Below, in pieces: positions 1-10,998 of a stretch of DNA of 64,000 bases (position 1 is the stretch's first letter; every line of letters begins with the position of its first letter). This stretch comes from an uncultured Verrucomicrobiae bacterium (GTDB taxonomy: Bacteria; Verrucomicrobiota; Verrucomicrobiia; Palsa-1439). The notes under the pieces were generated by a model. That model was given only the letters and a program-made list of their open reading frames with translations, had not been told where the DNA came from and ran no database searches. Location: positions 224,001-288,000 of the forward strand of contig CAWEWF010000005.1 in the NCBI GenBank assembly GCA_963812605.1. The letters run 5' to 3'. Position numbers and translations under genes: made by a program.

Positions 1-316
1 GTTTGCCATCGGACTCTCTGCTGCCCATTGTGATCGAAAATCGTTCTGACCGGAGGTTCCCCCAGCCTAAACCCCATGGCGTCTTGTCTTGGAGTATTGA
101 AAGAAATGCGGCGGCGATACCTGGCGGGGCAGCGACAACCAAACAGGACGCAACGAAATGAGTATTAAATGTATTTACAGCATTTCATCCGCTTGTTTGG
201 CGCGAGGTTGGCTGAAGTGAATCAGACATCAAGATGCTCCTCGGTCCTTCATGCCGCGAGCAATTTCGCTGTCGCGGGTCTGCCGCGAACACTTCGCAAA
301 GTTTCCAGAGTTCGCG

Positions 317-361
317 CAGCCGGCGCCAACGGCGGTTGGCTCCGGCGACTTGTTAGGCCAC
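317..361 (-). mobile_element. Truncated attC-like integron recombination site (R'' and L'' half only)
   Basis: On the minus strand, just after the stop of 368..616, the sequence reads GCCTAAC (RYYYAAC inverse core) then AAGTCGCCGGAGCCAACCGCCGTTGGCGCC. No distal GTTRRRY arm is recognisable. Confidence 0.65.
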
Positions 362-367
362 GTCATG

Positions 368-616
368 TCAAAATCTCTCACGGCTCTGCTTCCACCGGCC
401 CGAGCAAAGACAGGCTAACCCCCAAACGACGGGGAAAGGCCACCAAACGATGTAAACCACGCCGGGAATAATAAAGTCACGAACGAATCGGCCACGATGT
501 TCCGAGCGGGTTGTGTGCGTGCGATGCTGCTTCCGGTAACCTTTGAGCGCCACGAGAAACCAGAAAGCTAACATCACAAGCCATCCGATAGCCCAAACTG
601 AAATGAAATAATTCAT
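368..616 (-). CDS. Small two-TM membrane protein carried as an integron-type gene cassette
   Basis: 82-aa ORF with two hydrophobic segments. It is bounded by a 10-bp perfect inverted pair, GTTAGGCCAC (352-361) and GTGGCCTAAC (630-639). Confidence 0.65.
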   Translation of the reverse strand: MNYFISVWAIGWLVMLAFWFLVALKGYRKQHRTHTTRSEHRGRFVRDFIIPGVVYIVWWPFPVVWGLACLCSGRWKQSRERF

Positions 617-629
617 GGCGCGTAAAGAA

Positions 630-651
630 GTGGCCTAACATGTATTAGGGT
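630..651 (-). mobile_element. attI-like site or cassette insertion junction
   Basis: The minus strand reads ACCCTAATACAT-GTTAGGC, resembling the attI1 simple site GCCCTAAAACAAA-GTTRRRY. Confidence 0.5.
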
Positions 652-765
652 GCTTCGTTCGGTCATGTACCGCTCCATCCGCCGCTATTCCGATCCCCGC
701 GCGTCGGCAACCCGCTGGGCGGTTACCGGCTCGACGAGCGTTCTCGGCGTGGCGTCGGACAGGCG

Positions 766-1362
766 TTAATCGTTAAGGTCCAGAATCCGTGTGTCATTAA
801 GGAAAAACTTGATCCGCGGGCCGGTCAACTCGATCCGGATGTCATACCAGCGGCCGGTTTCGATTTTGCCGGGCACCCGGCCTCCGACCAATGCCCGCTT
901 GTTCCCGACCACATGACTAATCCCATGATTCGTGTTGTTCCAACCGCCGATACTCGCCCAGTAGAAGTCATCGTCCGCCACGTGGAACATGACCAAAAAG
1001 CCCTCGCTGCCGGCGATCTTGCGCGCCTTCAGGTGCACCGTGTAATCCGTCGCTTCGGCCAGCTCCGGGAGACTGAGCACGCTTCGCAGGTTCTCACCCG
1101 TCGCGCTCTGCCGGTACGCGCCGTCCACGACTTTCCAATCACCGCCCGATGATTTCCAGTCTTTGGCCTCGGTGGTGAAGTCCGAACGATAGAGCACGGA
1201 GTCACCGGCTGTCACCTGGATGTCCCGGTACTCCGCCTGGGTCTTCCACGTGCCCAAACCGATCGTGCCTCTCACCGCGGCGGGTTCCGAAACCCGCACA
1301 GCCGCGGTCAACAAACACGTGGCGCAAACGGCAAGGAGCGCGGTCCCAAGATTGCGTTTCAT
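766..1362 (-). CDS. Secreted ConA-like / DUF1080-type beta-sandwich protein, similar to the accessory domain of GH51 arabinofuranosidases
   Basis: Signal peptide MKRNLGTALLAVCATCLL. Motifs IGLGTWKTQAEY, LKARKIAGSEGFL, IGGWNNT and IETGRWYDIRIEL. Confidence 0.6.
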   Translation of the reverse strand: MKRNLGTALLAVCATCLLTAAVRVSEPAAVRGTIGLGTWKTQAEYRDIQVTAGDSVLYRSDFTTEAKDWKSSGGDWKVVDGAYRQSATGENLRSVLSLPELAEATDYTVHLKARKIAGSEGFLVMFHVADDDFYWASIGGWNNTNHGISHVVGNKRALVGGRVPGKIETGRWYDIRIELTGPRIKFFLNDTRILDLND

Positions 1363-1678
1363 GCCAGCCTGGCGGCCTCGCGGGTGATGCGCCCCTCCAA
1401 CGGTTCGCCCCTGAGAAATCGCCGCAGTTCCTCGACCATGTAGCGACCGAGCCGGTTGATCTCCGAGCCCATCGGCCCGGCAATGTGCGGCGTCAACACC
1501 ACGTTGGGCAGTGTTAAGCCAACATTTCCCATTATGACCTACGGCCCGCGACCATGGCGGGCCATTCAGTTTCATTGATCAGCATTTTATCCCCACGGAC
1601 ATTGTATAAATTGAAATCATCGATCTTTTTAGGCAGACCCACACTGTCCTGCCGGGACACGTAATGCGCGCGATAGTT

Positions 1679-4600
1679 CTACGGGCCGAGACGAATCCGG
1701 TAAGTAACGGTCCGGGCCGTTGGTGAGACCGCCCGAATCGAGATAATTGGTTGTCGCGTCTCCGCTGCCCGGGATGGCGATTGGGCCGCTGATATCGGCG
1801 AAGTTGGTGGCGTAATTACCGCCGACGTCACCATCCGTCGCCTGCACCACGTTGGTAGACCCGCCGCCTGTCTTCCAGGTAATCACCACGTCGTTGCTCT
1901 GCGGCACTACGCTGAGAATCCGGAACACGGAAGCCGGATTCGTGGGGTTCAGGCCCAGCAGGAACTGGTTGGTGTTGCTGATCCCTTTCCCTAATGGATC
2001 CGCATTGGGTTGAGCCTGCGGACAGGCCAGGCAGCCGAAGTAATTCGTCTGCCACGACTGAAATGCCGATAACGGAGTGGCGCCGGCGGAGCCGGACATC
2101 GCGCTTTCGCCATTGGTGCTGACCGCCGTGACGGCATAGAAGTAATTGCTGCCGTCCACCACAGCCGTGTCCGCATAAGACGTGGTGGCCGCCAGACTCG
2201 CCAGCAAGCCGTAAGGCCCGCCGCTACCCGTTGTTGAACGATAGACTTTGTTTGTCGTGATCCCCGGGCTGCTGGACTGCGTCCACATCAGATTCACGAC
2301 CGCATCACCGGCAGTTGCCACCAGGCTGGTCGGGGCAGACGGAGGCACGGACACGGGACCGAAAATCTGGCATTCGTAAAAACTGGCGAATCCGCCACAG
2401 CCGTTGCAACCGGTCACGTCTACTTGGACGTAGCGGGTCGAGACGGAGAAGCTGTTGCTTGTGGTTCCGGATTCGTTGGTGTTGGTGGTATTGTTCACGA
2501 TGGTGGTGAAATTCACGTCATCTGTGCTGATGTTGATCTCGTATTGATACGCACGTGTCCCGGCGTCAAACCAATAGATAATCGCCTGATTAATGGGTTG
2601 CACCGAACCCAAATCCACAGTCCAGGTCTGCGGGAAATTCCCGTTGGCGGCCGCCCAGCGGGTGGAGAAGTTGCCATCGTTGCCATAACTCACGAGGTTG
2701 CCCGCCTGGAAACTGCTGGCCGTGGCCGGTTGGCCTTGAGACAGCAGACCCGGCGGCGGCGCATTATTAGTTGATCCCACGACCCACATCAGTGAATCGG
2801 TAACGGTGGTGCTGCCCAGGGTGCCGATCGCGCTGACGTTATTGGTGCCGCTCTGTAGTGTCACCGGCCAGAGGAACGTATTGCTACTGCTCGCCGCCGA
2901 TCCCTGGGAGACGCCGTTCACGAACAGTTGCACGGAACCGCAATTGGAATACGCCTTCGCCGTAATGTTGGCGATGCGATTGGTGAAGGTATGGCCGGCG
3001 ATGTACACCATCGCATTCGTGGTCCAACTCGCTTTGTAGAAGTAAAAGGCGTCTTTGCGAATCATCCGGTCATACGTGGCCAGGCCCTTGTCGTTGCGCC
3101 CCGCCGTATCCCCTTCATTGCGACAGTCGGACGCGAAATCGAGCAGGTTCCAAACCAGTTTGCACCACAAGTAGGGTCTGGCTTTCATTTGCGCCCAGGT
3201 GCCTTCATGGAGCAGGTTCTGGTATTCCTCGGGATGGTATGGACCGGCGTTGGCCGGCTCGCTGACGGGGTCTTCACTATGTTGCCAGACGCTCGCGCCG
3301 GCGCCATACTCCGTGATGCCCATCATGCGGGTCGGATAGGTGGCGTGGAAGTTGTCAGCCCAGGGTCCGAAATCCGTAATCGCTCCGTTATACCATCCAT
3401 AATACTTGTTGAAAGCAATGAATGGGGTATTGGTCGTTGACGGATCATTATCACTGGTGTTGGCGGCCTCCGTCTGGAACCTCGTTGGGTCTTCCTGCCC
3501 GACCAGTTGGGTTTCCAGGTTGATCAGAGTGATCGGTGACGGGCCGGCATCCAGTGTTACTTCATTGTAGATACTCCAACAAATCACCGACGGATGATTG
3601 TATCGTTGCCGGATCATCTCGCGCAGTTGCTGCAAGGTGTTCGTATAAAACGCCGCAGACGCGGTAATGTCATCAATGACCGGGCACTCGCTCCAGACGC
3701 AAATGCCGTCCTGATCCGCAAGTTGGTACTCATAATCGTTGTGCTCGTAATGACACATGCGAAGGAACGTGGCGCCAATCTCCTTGATGACCGAAAAATC
3801 CACGTCGCGTTGCCCATTGGTCACCGCCCAGCCGTAATTGAGCCAATCCTGATGCTTGTTCACTCCGTGGAGGTCATAGTGCTGGCCATTGAGGTAAAAC
3901 CCGTTGGTCGCGGTGACACTGTAATAGCGAAATCCGAGCGGCTGGCTGATCCAGTCGGTCCGGTTGGTGCCGTTGTAGACTTCGATGAATGCTTGATAAA
4001 GGTAAGGATCAGAAAGGCCATTCCACAGATGAGGATTGGTAATCGTTGTGTTTGCCACTACATTGGAGCCGGACGACGCACCGAGTGTCACCACATTCGT
4101 GAGCGTGGTAACAATATTGGTCGAGGCGTCGGTGATGGTGGCGAGGACTGTCACAGTCGCAGCGCCAGGGTTTGCATTGGAAACAACGGTGGTGACCTGC
4201 AGATTGGCGGAATTGGAACTGACGTTGGTCGTTCGCAAATACACGCCCGGCGAACCATAATCCAACGGGGAAATCTGTAACGGATCCGTCGTCACCAAAT
4301 ACGCGTCGCGGTAAAGGCCTCCAAAGAACGTGAAGTCGGCGGCCAATGGCGGAATGTTGGTGTTGCCGGCGTTGTTGACCTTGACGGCGATGACGTTGTC
4401 CGCGCCGATATTCATGTTGGAGGTTACGTCGTACACGAACGCCGCGAAGCCGCCCTGATGCTCGCCAATAAAATTGCCGTTCACGTACACATCCGCAACG
4501 ATATTGGCGCCGTCGAATTTGAGGAACAGCCGTCGTCCCGCTTCGTTGGTGCTGACCGTGTAGTGCAGACGATACCAGCCGATCCCCTGATAGTAATTAC

Positions 4601-4865
4601 AGCCTCCATCCTGGCCGTCGAGATTGTTCCAGGTGTGGGGCAGACCCAGCGGCGTCCACGAGGAATCATTGAAACCGTTCGTTTGCGCCCCGGCGACGTC
4701 CTGGCGGATAAACCGCCAGCCCGCGTCAATGTTAATGACTTCACGCAGATTGGCTGGTGGCGAGTAGGTCTGACCGAAGACCGCCGAGGTGGAAAGTGGA
4801 ATTGCTGCGACCAAAAGGAACAGGAAGATTCGTAACCCTCGAACAACGACGTTGTGGTAAGTCAT
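1679..4865 (-). CDS. Secreted GH2 beta-galactosidase-like enzyme with F5/8-type C (CBM32), FN3 and C-terminal sorting-like domain
   Basis: GH2 motifs LKFDGAN, DFTFFGGLYRD, HGVNKHQD, WSIYNE and TEYGAG; discoidin-like LSQGQPATASS..DGNFSTRW..VDLG. Removing one base near 1702 restores the ending RYYRIRLGP* (TAG at 1679-1681). Confidence 0.9.
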
Positions 4866-4936
4866 AACCTCAGATCCTCTGAACGTGGTTTCGTGTTGTT
4901 GTTTCATTGTCGTTTCGTTCCCATGACTGCGTTCTG

Positions 4937-7900
4937 CTAGGGCACCAGCCGCACCCGGTAGTAGCGGGCGGGCGCATTCGTCGCCGCCCCCACATCCAGG
5001 TAGTTGGTCACGGTGCCGATCGTGTTGGTGACGATGAAGATGTCGGTGAAGTTGTTGGTATTGTAACCTCCGCTCGTGTTGTCCGCCGTCGCTTGCAGAG
5101 CATTTGTCCTGCCGCTGCCCGTCATCCATGTCACCAGCAAGTCAAGGCCACTCGGCAGGACCGAAATTATGTGCAATGACGACGCGCTGTTCGTCGGGTC
5201 GGTGCCCGCAAGGTACTCCTGCAGATTCGACATGCCATCGCCGTCGGGGTCTTCAGCAGCAAGCGCCGGATCGAATGGATTCAAGTGATATTGCTGCTTC
5301 CAGCCGTTGGGAATTCCGTCGCCGACCTGGCTCTTGGTCGGGTCGAGGAGCGGCTGGACAGACAACTCGACTTGATTGGTGTCCACGGCGCTGCAATTAT
5401 CAATGGCATTCACCTTGAAGAAGTAGGTAATCGGGCTGTTGCTTCCCGGATACAGAGGAATAAACACCGATAACGCATTGGTGGCAAGCAACGGGTTGAT
5501 CTCCCCTCCGCTATTGGTCGCCTCATACACCCCGTAGGTAAACGGCGCCATCCCCGACGCCCCAGACCAACTCAACGTTGCGCCTTCAATCGCCGGAGTG
5601 AGGCTGCCCGGTCCCGCGAAAAGCGGGGGGCCGGCATAGGTAAATCCGTTGGTGAGCGTTGTCGGTGACAGCGTGGGAGTTTTGACCACGACGTTGTAGG
5701 TTCCCGGAGAATTGGCGCCCGTGACGGCCGTCAGGGTGTTGGAATTGACAAAGGTGACACCGGTGGCGTTCACGCCGTTCATGATGATCGTTGAGCCGCT
5801 TCTAAAGTTCAGCCCGCCAATGGTAATCGGCGTGCCACCACCCGCGCAGCCGTTGGTGGGAGCGATCGACGTGATCAGGGGTCGGGCAGGCGGGGGAGGC
5901 ACCACGTACCACATCAGTGAATCGGTGACGTTGGTGCCGCCTTTGGCGCCAATGGCCTGGACGGAGTTGGAACCACCGGGAAGCGAAAGTGCCCAGGTGA
6001 AGATGTTGCTGGTGCTGGTCCGCGTCCCCTGTGAAATGCTATTGAGGAAAAGTTCCACGGAATCGCAATTGGAATACGCCTTGGCCGTGATGTTGTTGGT
6101 GCGAGTCGTGAAGGTATGTCCAGTGATATACACCATCGCGTTCGTGGTCCAGTTGGCCTTGTACCAGTAAAAAGCATCCTTGCGAATCTGCCGGTCGTAG
6201 GTCACAAGGCCCTTGTCGTTGCGGCCGGGGGTGTCGCCTTCATCGCGGCCGTCCGAGGCGAAATCGAACCCGGTCCAGACCAATTTGCACCACAGAAACG
6301 GCCGCACTTTCATTTGCGCCCAAGTCTGCTCATGAAGCAGATTCTGGTATTCCTCGGGGTGATACGGGCCGGCGTTGGCCGGTTCGGAGACCGGGTCTTC
6401 GCTGTGCTGGTAAACGCTCGCACCGGCGCCATACTCGGTGACGCCGACCATCCGCGTCGGATAGGTGGCGTGAAAATTGTCGGCCCAGGGCCCGAAGTCG
6501 GTGGTGACACCGTTATACCAGCCGTAATACTTGTTGAAAGCAATCAACTGGGTATTGGTCGTTGAAGGATCATTGTCACTGGTATTGGCGGCCTCCGTCT
6601 GAAAGCGCGTCGGGTCTTCCTGCCCGACCAGTTGGGTTTCCAGGTTGATCAGAGCGACCGGTGACGGGCCGGCATCCAGCGTTATTTCATTATAGATACT
6701 CCAGCAAACTACCGCAGGATGGTTGTATCGTTGCCGAATCATCTCACGGAGTTGCTGCAAGGTGTTGGTATAAAACGCCGCTGACGCGGTAATGTAGTCG
6801 ATGACCGGGACTTCACTCCAGACGCAAATGCCATCTTGATCCGCCAGTTGATACTCGTAGTCATTGTGCTCGTAATGACTCATCCGCAGGAAGGTGGCGC
6901 CGATTTCCTTGAGCAGCGCAAAGTTTGCATCGCGCTGGCCATTCGTCAACGCCCATCCATAATTGAGCCAGTCCTGGTGCATGTTCACGCCATGGAGATC
7001 GTAGTGCTGGCCGTTGAGGAAAAAGCCGTTGGTCGGGTCCACGCTGAAATAGCGGAACCCCAGCGGCTGGCTCACCAGATCGGTCAGGTTCGTCCCGTTG
7101 TAAACCTCGATGAACGTTTGATACAGATAGGGATCGGAAAGGCCGTTCCACAGGTGAGGGTTGGAAATGATCGTGCTCCCGACGACATTGGAAACCGAAC
7201 TCGCCGAAAGCGTCACGAGGTTCGTCAGGATCGTCACGATATTCGTCGCCGCATCGGTGACGATGGCCCGCACCGTCACCGTTGCGGTGCCGGGCATTGG
7301 CGTTGGAAACAACGGTGGTGACCTGCAGGTTGGCGGAATTGGAACTGACACTGGTGGTTTGCAGATACACGCCCGGCGAACCGTAGTCCAAAGGCGAGAC
7401 TTGCAGCGGATCCGTTGCCAGCAAATGTACGTCCCGGTAGATGCCGCCGAAGAAGGTGAAATCCGCATTGAGCGGCGGGATGTTGGCGTTGAAGGCGTTG
7501 TTGACCTCCACAGCGATGACGTTGTCCGTGCCGACGTTAATGTAAGGCGTCACGTCATAAACGAACGCCGCAAAACCGCCTTGATGCTCGCCGACGAAAT
7601 TGCCGTTCACATAAACATCCGAAACGATGTTCGCGCCGTCGAACTTGAGGAACAGCCGCCTGCCGGTTTCGTTGGTGCTGACGGTGTAGTGCACGCGATA
7701 CCAGCCAATCCCGCGGTAGTAATTATTGCCGCCGTCCTGTCCGTCGAGGTTGTTCCAGGTGTGCGGCAAATTCAGCAACGTCCAGGTGGAATCGTTGAAG
7801 CCGTTCGATTGCGCGCCGGTGACAGCATTTGTGGTAAACCGCCAGCCGGCGTCGAGATTGATGTCTTCGCGGGGATTGGAGGGCGGCGAATACGTCTGAC

Positions 7901-7991
7901 CGAAGACCGTCGGGGTGGAAAGTGGAATTGCTGCGACGAAAAGGAACAGGAAGATTCGCAACCCTCGAACAACGGCGTTGCTGCAAGTCAT
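4937..7991 (-). CDS. Secreted GH2 beta-galactosidase-like paralog with IPT/TIG domain and C-terminal sorting-like domain (frameshift ~7290)
   Basis: The N-part lies in ORF 6861..8186 (from MTCSNAVVRG) and the C-part in ORF 4937..7468. Same GH2 motifs, IPT-like PLITSIAPTNG..GGTPITIGG, then DPDGDGMSNLQEYLAGTDP; ends RYYRVRLVP. Confidence 0.88.
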
Positions 7992-8034
7992 AACCTCAGA
8001 TCCTCTGAAACGGCGAACGCGGCGGAATGTTTCA

Positions 8035-9766
8035 TCACGGCCCCAGTCGGATGCGGTAGAAACGTGACGGGATATTTGTCGCTCCGCCACCGTCGAGATA
8101 ATTGGTTGCCGCGTCTCCATTGCCCGGGATGGCGATTGGGCCGCTGATATCGGCGAAGTTGGTGGCGTAATTACCACTGGCGTCACCGCTCGTCGCCTGC
8201 ACCACGTTGGTAGACCCGCCGCCCGTCTTCCAGGTAATCACCACGTCGTTGCTCTGCGGCACTACGCTGATAATCCGGAACACGGAAGCCGGATTCGTGG
8301 GATTCAGGCCCAGCAAGAACTGGTTGGTGTTGCTCATCCCTTTCCCCAATGGATCCGCATCGGGTTGAGCCTGCGGGCAGGCCAGACAGCCGAAGTAATT
8401 AGTCTGCCACGCTTGGAACGCCGACAACGGAGTGGCGCCGGCGGAGCCGGACATCGAGCTTTCGCCATTGGTGCTGACGGCCGTGACGGTATAGAAGTAA
8501 TTGCTGCCGTCCACCACGGCCGTGTCCGCAAAAGACGTGGTGGCGGCCAGACTCGCCAGCAGACCGTACGGCCCGCCGCTGCCGTTGGTCGAACGATAGA
8601 CATTGTTTGTGGTGATGCCCGGGCTGCCGGATTGCACCCACGTCAGATTCACGATCGCATCGCCGGCAGTTGCCACCAAGCTGGTCGGGGCGGACGGCGC
8701 CGACAGCGGCGTAGCGTTGGTTTGAGCGCTGTAGGGGCTCTCGCCTCCATTGTTCCAGGCGGCGACCACATAATAATAATTCGTGGAAGAAGACAACCCC
8801 GTGTTGTTAAAGCTCGTGGTGGTCAGACCCGTCGCAATCGCGCTGTAGGGCCCACTATCCACCGTCGCGCCCAGGACGTCGTAACTCGTGGCGCCAGTGG
8901 ATGCCGCCCACGACAGATCGATTTCACTGCCCGACACCGCTGTCGCCGTCAAGTTCGTCGGTGCGGCCGGCGGAGGCACTGAAGGCGGACCGCTATAAAC
9001 ACGCACATAATCCACTTCCATGGTTCCCAAAGTACAGCCGTTGGTGCGTGTATTGCTATTCGGAGAAGAGGTGAGCTTCAGTTTCATATCAACGTTGGTG
9101 ACCGTATGGGCCCCGGTCGGCTGTGAATACCTTTACTCCGTCGACATAAAAGTCGGGTGCCGTATTGCGTCGCCCAGTACACTCCATACGTGTGCCATTG
9201 GCTTTCATCCACCCCGGTGGACCGCGTACGTATGAGCTTGGGGTGTAGTGGTAGGATTGCCCCGGGCTCTTGTCGGGGGGGCCTCCGGCTCCTTGATATT
9301 CGCAGATGTCAAACTCCGGTGGCCATATCAAGGTGCGATTCTGGCTATTCCAGCCAACCGTCCACCAGGTGGGCCATGAGAAGTTATCGGCCGGCGTGAT
9401 TCGCACTCTGGCTTCCAAATACTTGTAGCGGGGATGCTCGCTGCCTGAGGGCGCGGTATCCAGGTAACCGCCGGTCCAAGCCTTGCCGTTGTACGATTCT
9501 TCATAGGAATATATTTTCAACGTCCCGCCGGAAACCACGACATTCTTTGGTGCATACCAGCAAGCGCTATCGCCACTATTTACCTCGTTATAGACGGTCC
9601 ATTTGGTGGTATCAACGTTGGTTCCGCTGAATTCGTCCGACCACAGCAGCGTGTTGGCGTTGACCCCGCTGCTGGCAATCACCGCCACTCCAAACAGTAT
9701 GAGAAGGACCTTCCAATTAGATGGGCATTTCACGAACGGCCTGCAGGCGACGTGGCAATCATTCAT
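8035..9766 (-). CDS. Secreted GH16 glycoside hydrolase with two FN3 domains and C-terminal sorting-like domain (frameshifts ~9090-9220)
   Basis: LLWSDEFSG, catalytic WPPEFDICE (EXDXXE) and MEVDYVRVY. FN3 PAAPTNLTATAVSGSEIDLSW. Ends SRFYRIRLGP. Confidence 0.82.
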
Positions 9767-9819
9767 TTTGCCTCCAGACCGATGCTCCTCGGTGAAGCGA
9801 GAATCTTCATCATAATACG

Positions 9820-9851
9820 AACGGGGCGAACCGATGCCGGTCCGCCCCGTT
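9820..9851 (-). terminator. GC-rich stem-loop between the PEP-CTERM gene and GH16 (terminator or mRNA stabiliser)
   Basis: AACGGGGCG-AACCG...CGGTC-CGCCCCGTT inverted repeat about 27 nt past the stop codon. No clear U-tract. Confidence 0.5.
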
Positions 9852-9877
9852 GGAAAAACACAGCTTTTGTCCCTGGC

Positions 9878-10753
9878 TCAGGCTTTGCGAGAACGCCGGA
9901 GGCCCAACAACGCGCCGAAACCGACCAACACCAGCGCTACGCTACTCGGTTCGGGAATCATGGTGCCGTCGATTTCGAACGAATCCCAGCGGCGGGTCGC
10001 AACTCCTCCGACTCCGTTGGTGTTGACAGCCGGGTCAGAATACAGCCCGAACGCCGTGACGGGATCCGCGGGAAGGGTGCCCACAGCGCCACCCAGCACC
10101 AGAGAGGTACCGGGGACGAAGGTCAACGAGTCCCAAATACTGCCAGACCAATTCAAGACCAACTTTTGTCCGCTGGTGGCGAAAGCGGCAGCATTCGCGG
10201 TATTGTTACTCTGCACGAGTAACTGGTCGGAGGCATACCAATTGCCGTCCATCTGGATGGCAATGCGGTACCCAGGCATTCCATTGGGAAACGTGTTGCT
10301 GGTGTTTCCGCTGTAGAAGGAGATGCTCCCGATGTTGTAAATGGTTTGGTCGATGGGGAATTGGCTCGTCTCAACAATAAAATTGTTGCTGACCGACAAG
10401 AAGCCGCTGCTAAAGGCGAAGCCATTAGTGTTTCCGGCCTCGGGACCGGCATTGACATTGGTGTAGTTGCCGCCGGACGGGATGCCCAATGAACTGCCAG
10501 CACCGAAATTGTTCCAAGTACCTGCTGCGTTACCTGCAGCTTCATTCTGGGCGGTCGGGGACCAATATCCAGACCAACCGTCAAACTCGAAATTGGTATT
10601 GGCGGCGCCCGCCGTTTGACTGAACGTCTGGCGGTAAATGGCTGGGTCTTGCGCACGCGTTACCTGCGCGCAGAGAAGAATTGCTCCTGCCAATACGGCG
10701 AATTTCTTGAAGGAAAGCACTTCTTGGTTCCTCACGTTAGCTGAATCAAACAT
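9878..10753 (-). CDS. PEP-CTERM sorting domain-containing surface protein
   Basis: Signal peptide and C-terminal IPEPSS + hydrophobic helix + RRSRKA. Confidence 0.92.
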   Translation of the reverse strand: MFDSANVRNQEVLSFKKFAVLAGAILLCAQVTRAQDPAIYRQTFSQTAGAANTNFEFDGWSGYWSPTAQNEAAGNAAGTWNNFGAGSSLGIPSGGNYTNVNAGPEAGNTNGFAFSSGFLSVSNNFIVETSQFPIDQTIYNIGSISFYSGNTSNTFPNGMPGYRIAIQMDGNWYASDQLLVQSNNTANAAAFATSGQKLVLNWSGSIWDSLTFVPGTSLVLGGAVGTLPADPVTAFGLYSDPAVNTNGVGGVATRRWDSFEIDGTMIPEPSSVALVLVGFGALLGLRRSRKA

Positions 10754-10944
10754 AACCTAATCTCCCTCTGTTTGTTTTGGCTTCTCGCTAGCCTAACCAC
10801 CGCTCTCGCATTGCGGTACCCTACGTCCGAGGTGAATTCGTTTTCCCGTCTTCAGAGCTAAAACAACTCGCCTTGAACGGCCCCTTTTTACTTGGGAACA
10901 GGTCCGAAGACAAGCCAATTCTAACCCGGAAGAGCCTTTTCTTG

Positions 10945-10958
10945 CGCACACTTGTGCG
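10945..10958. promoter_or_regulatory. Candidate LacI-family operator in the divergent promoter region
   Basis: Palindrome CGCACA-CT-TGTGCG between the divergent PEP-CTERM operon and the LacI gene. Confidence 0.4.
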
Positions 10959-10998
10959 ACGCTATGGTTTGGTGTATCTTTGTGCAGAATCGCTGGAT

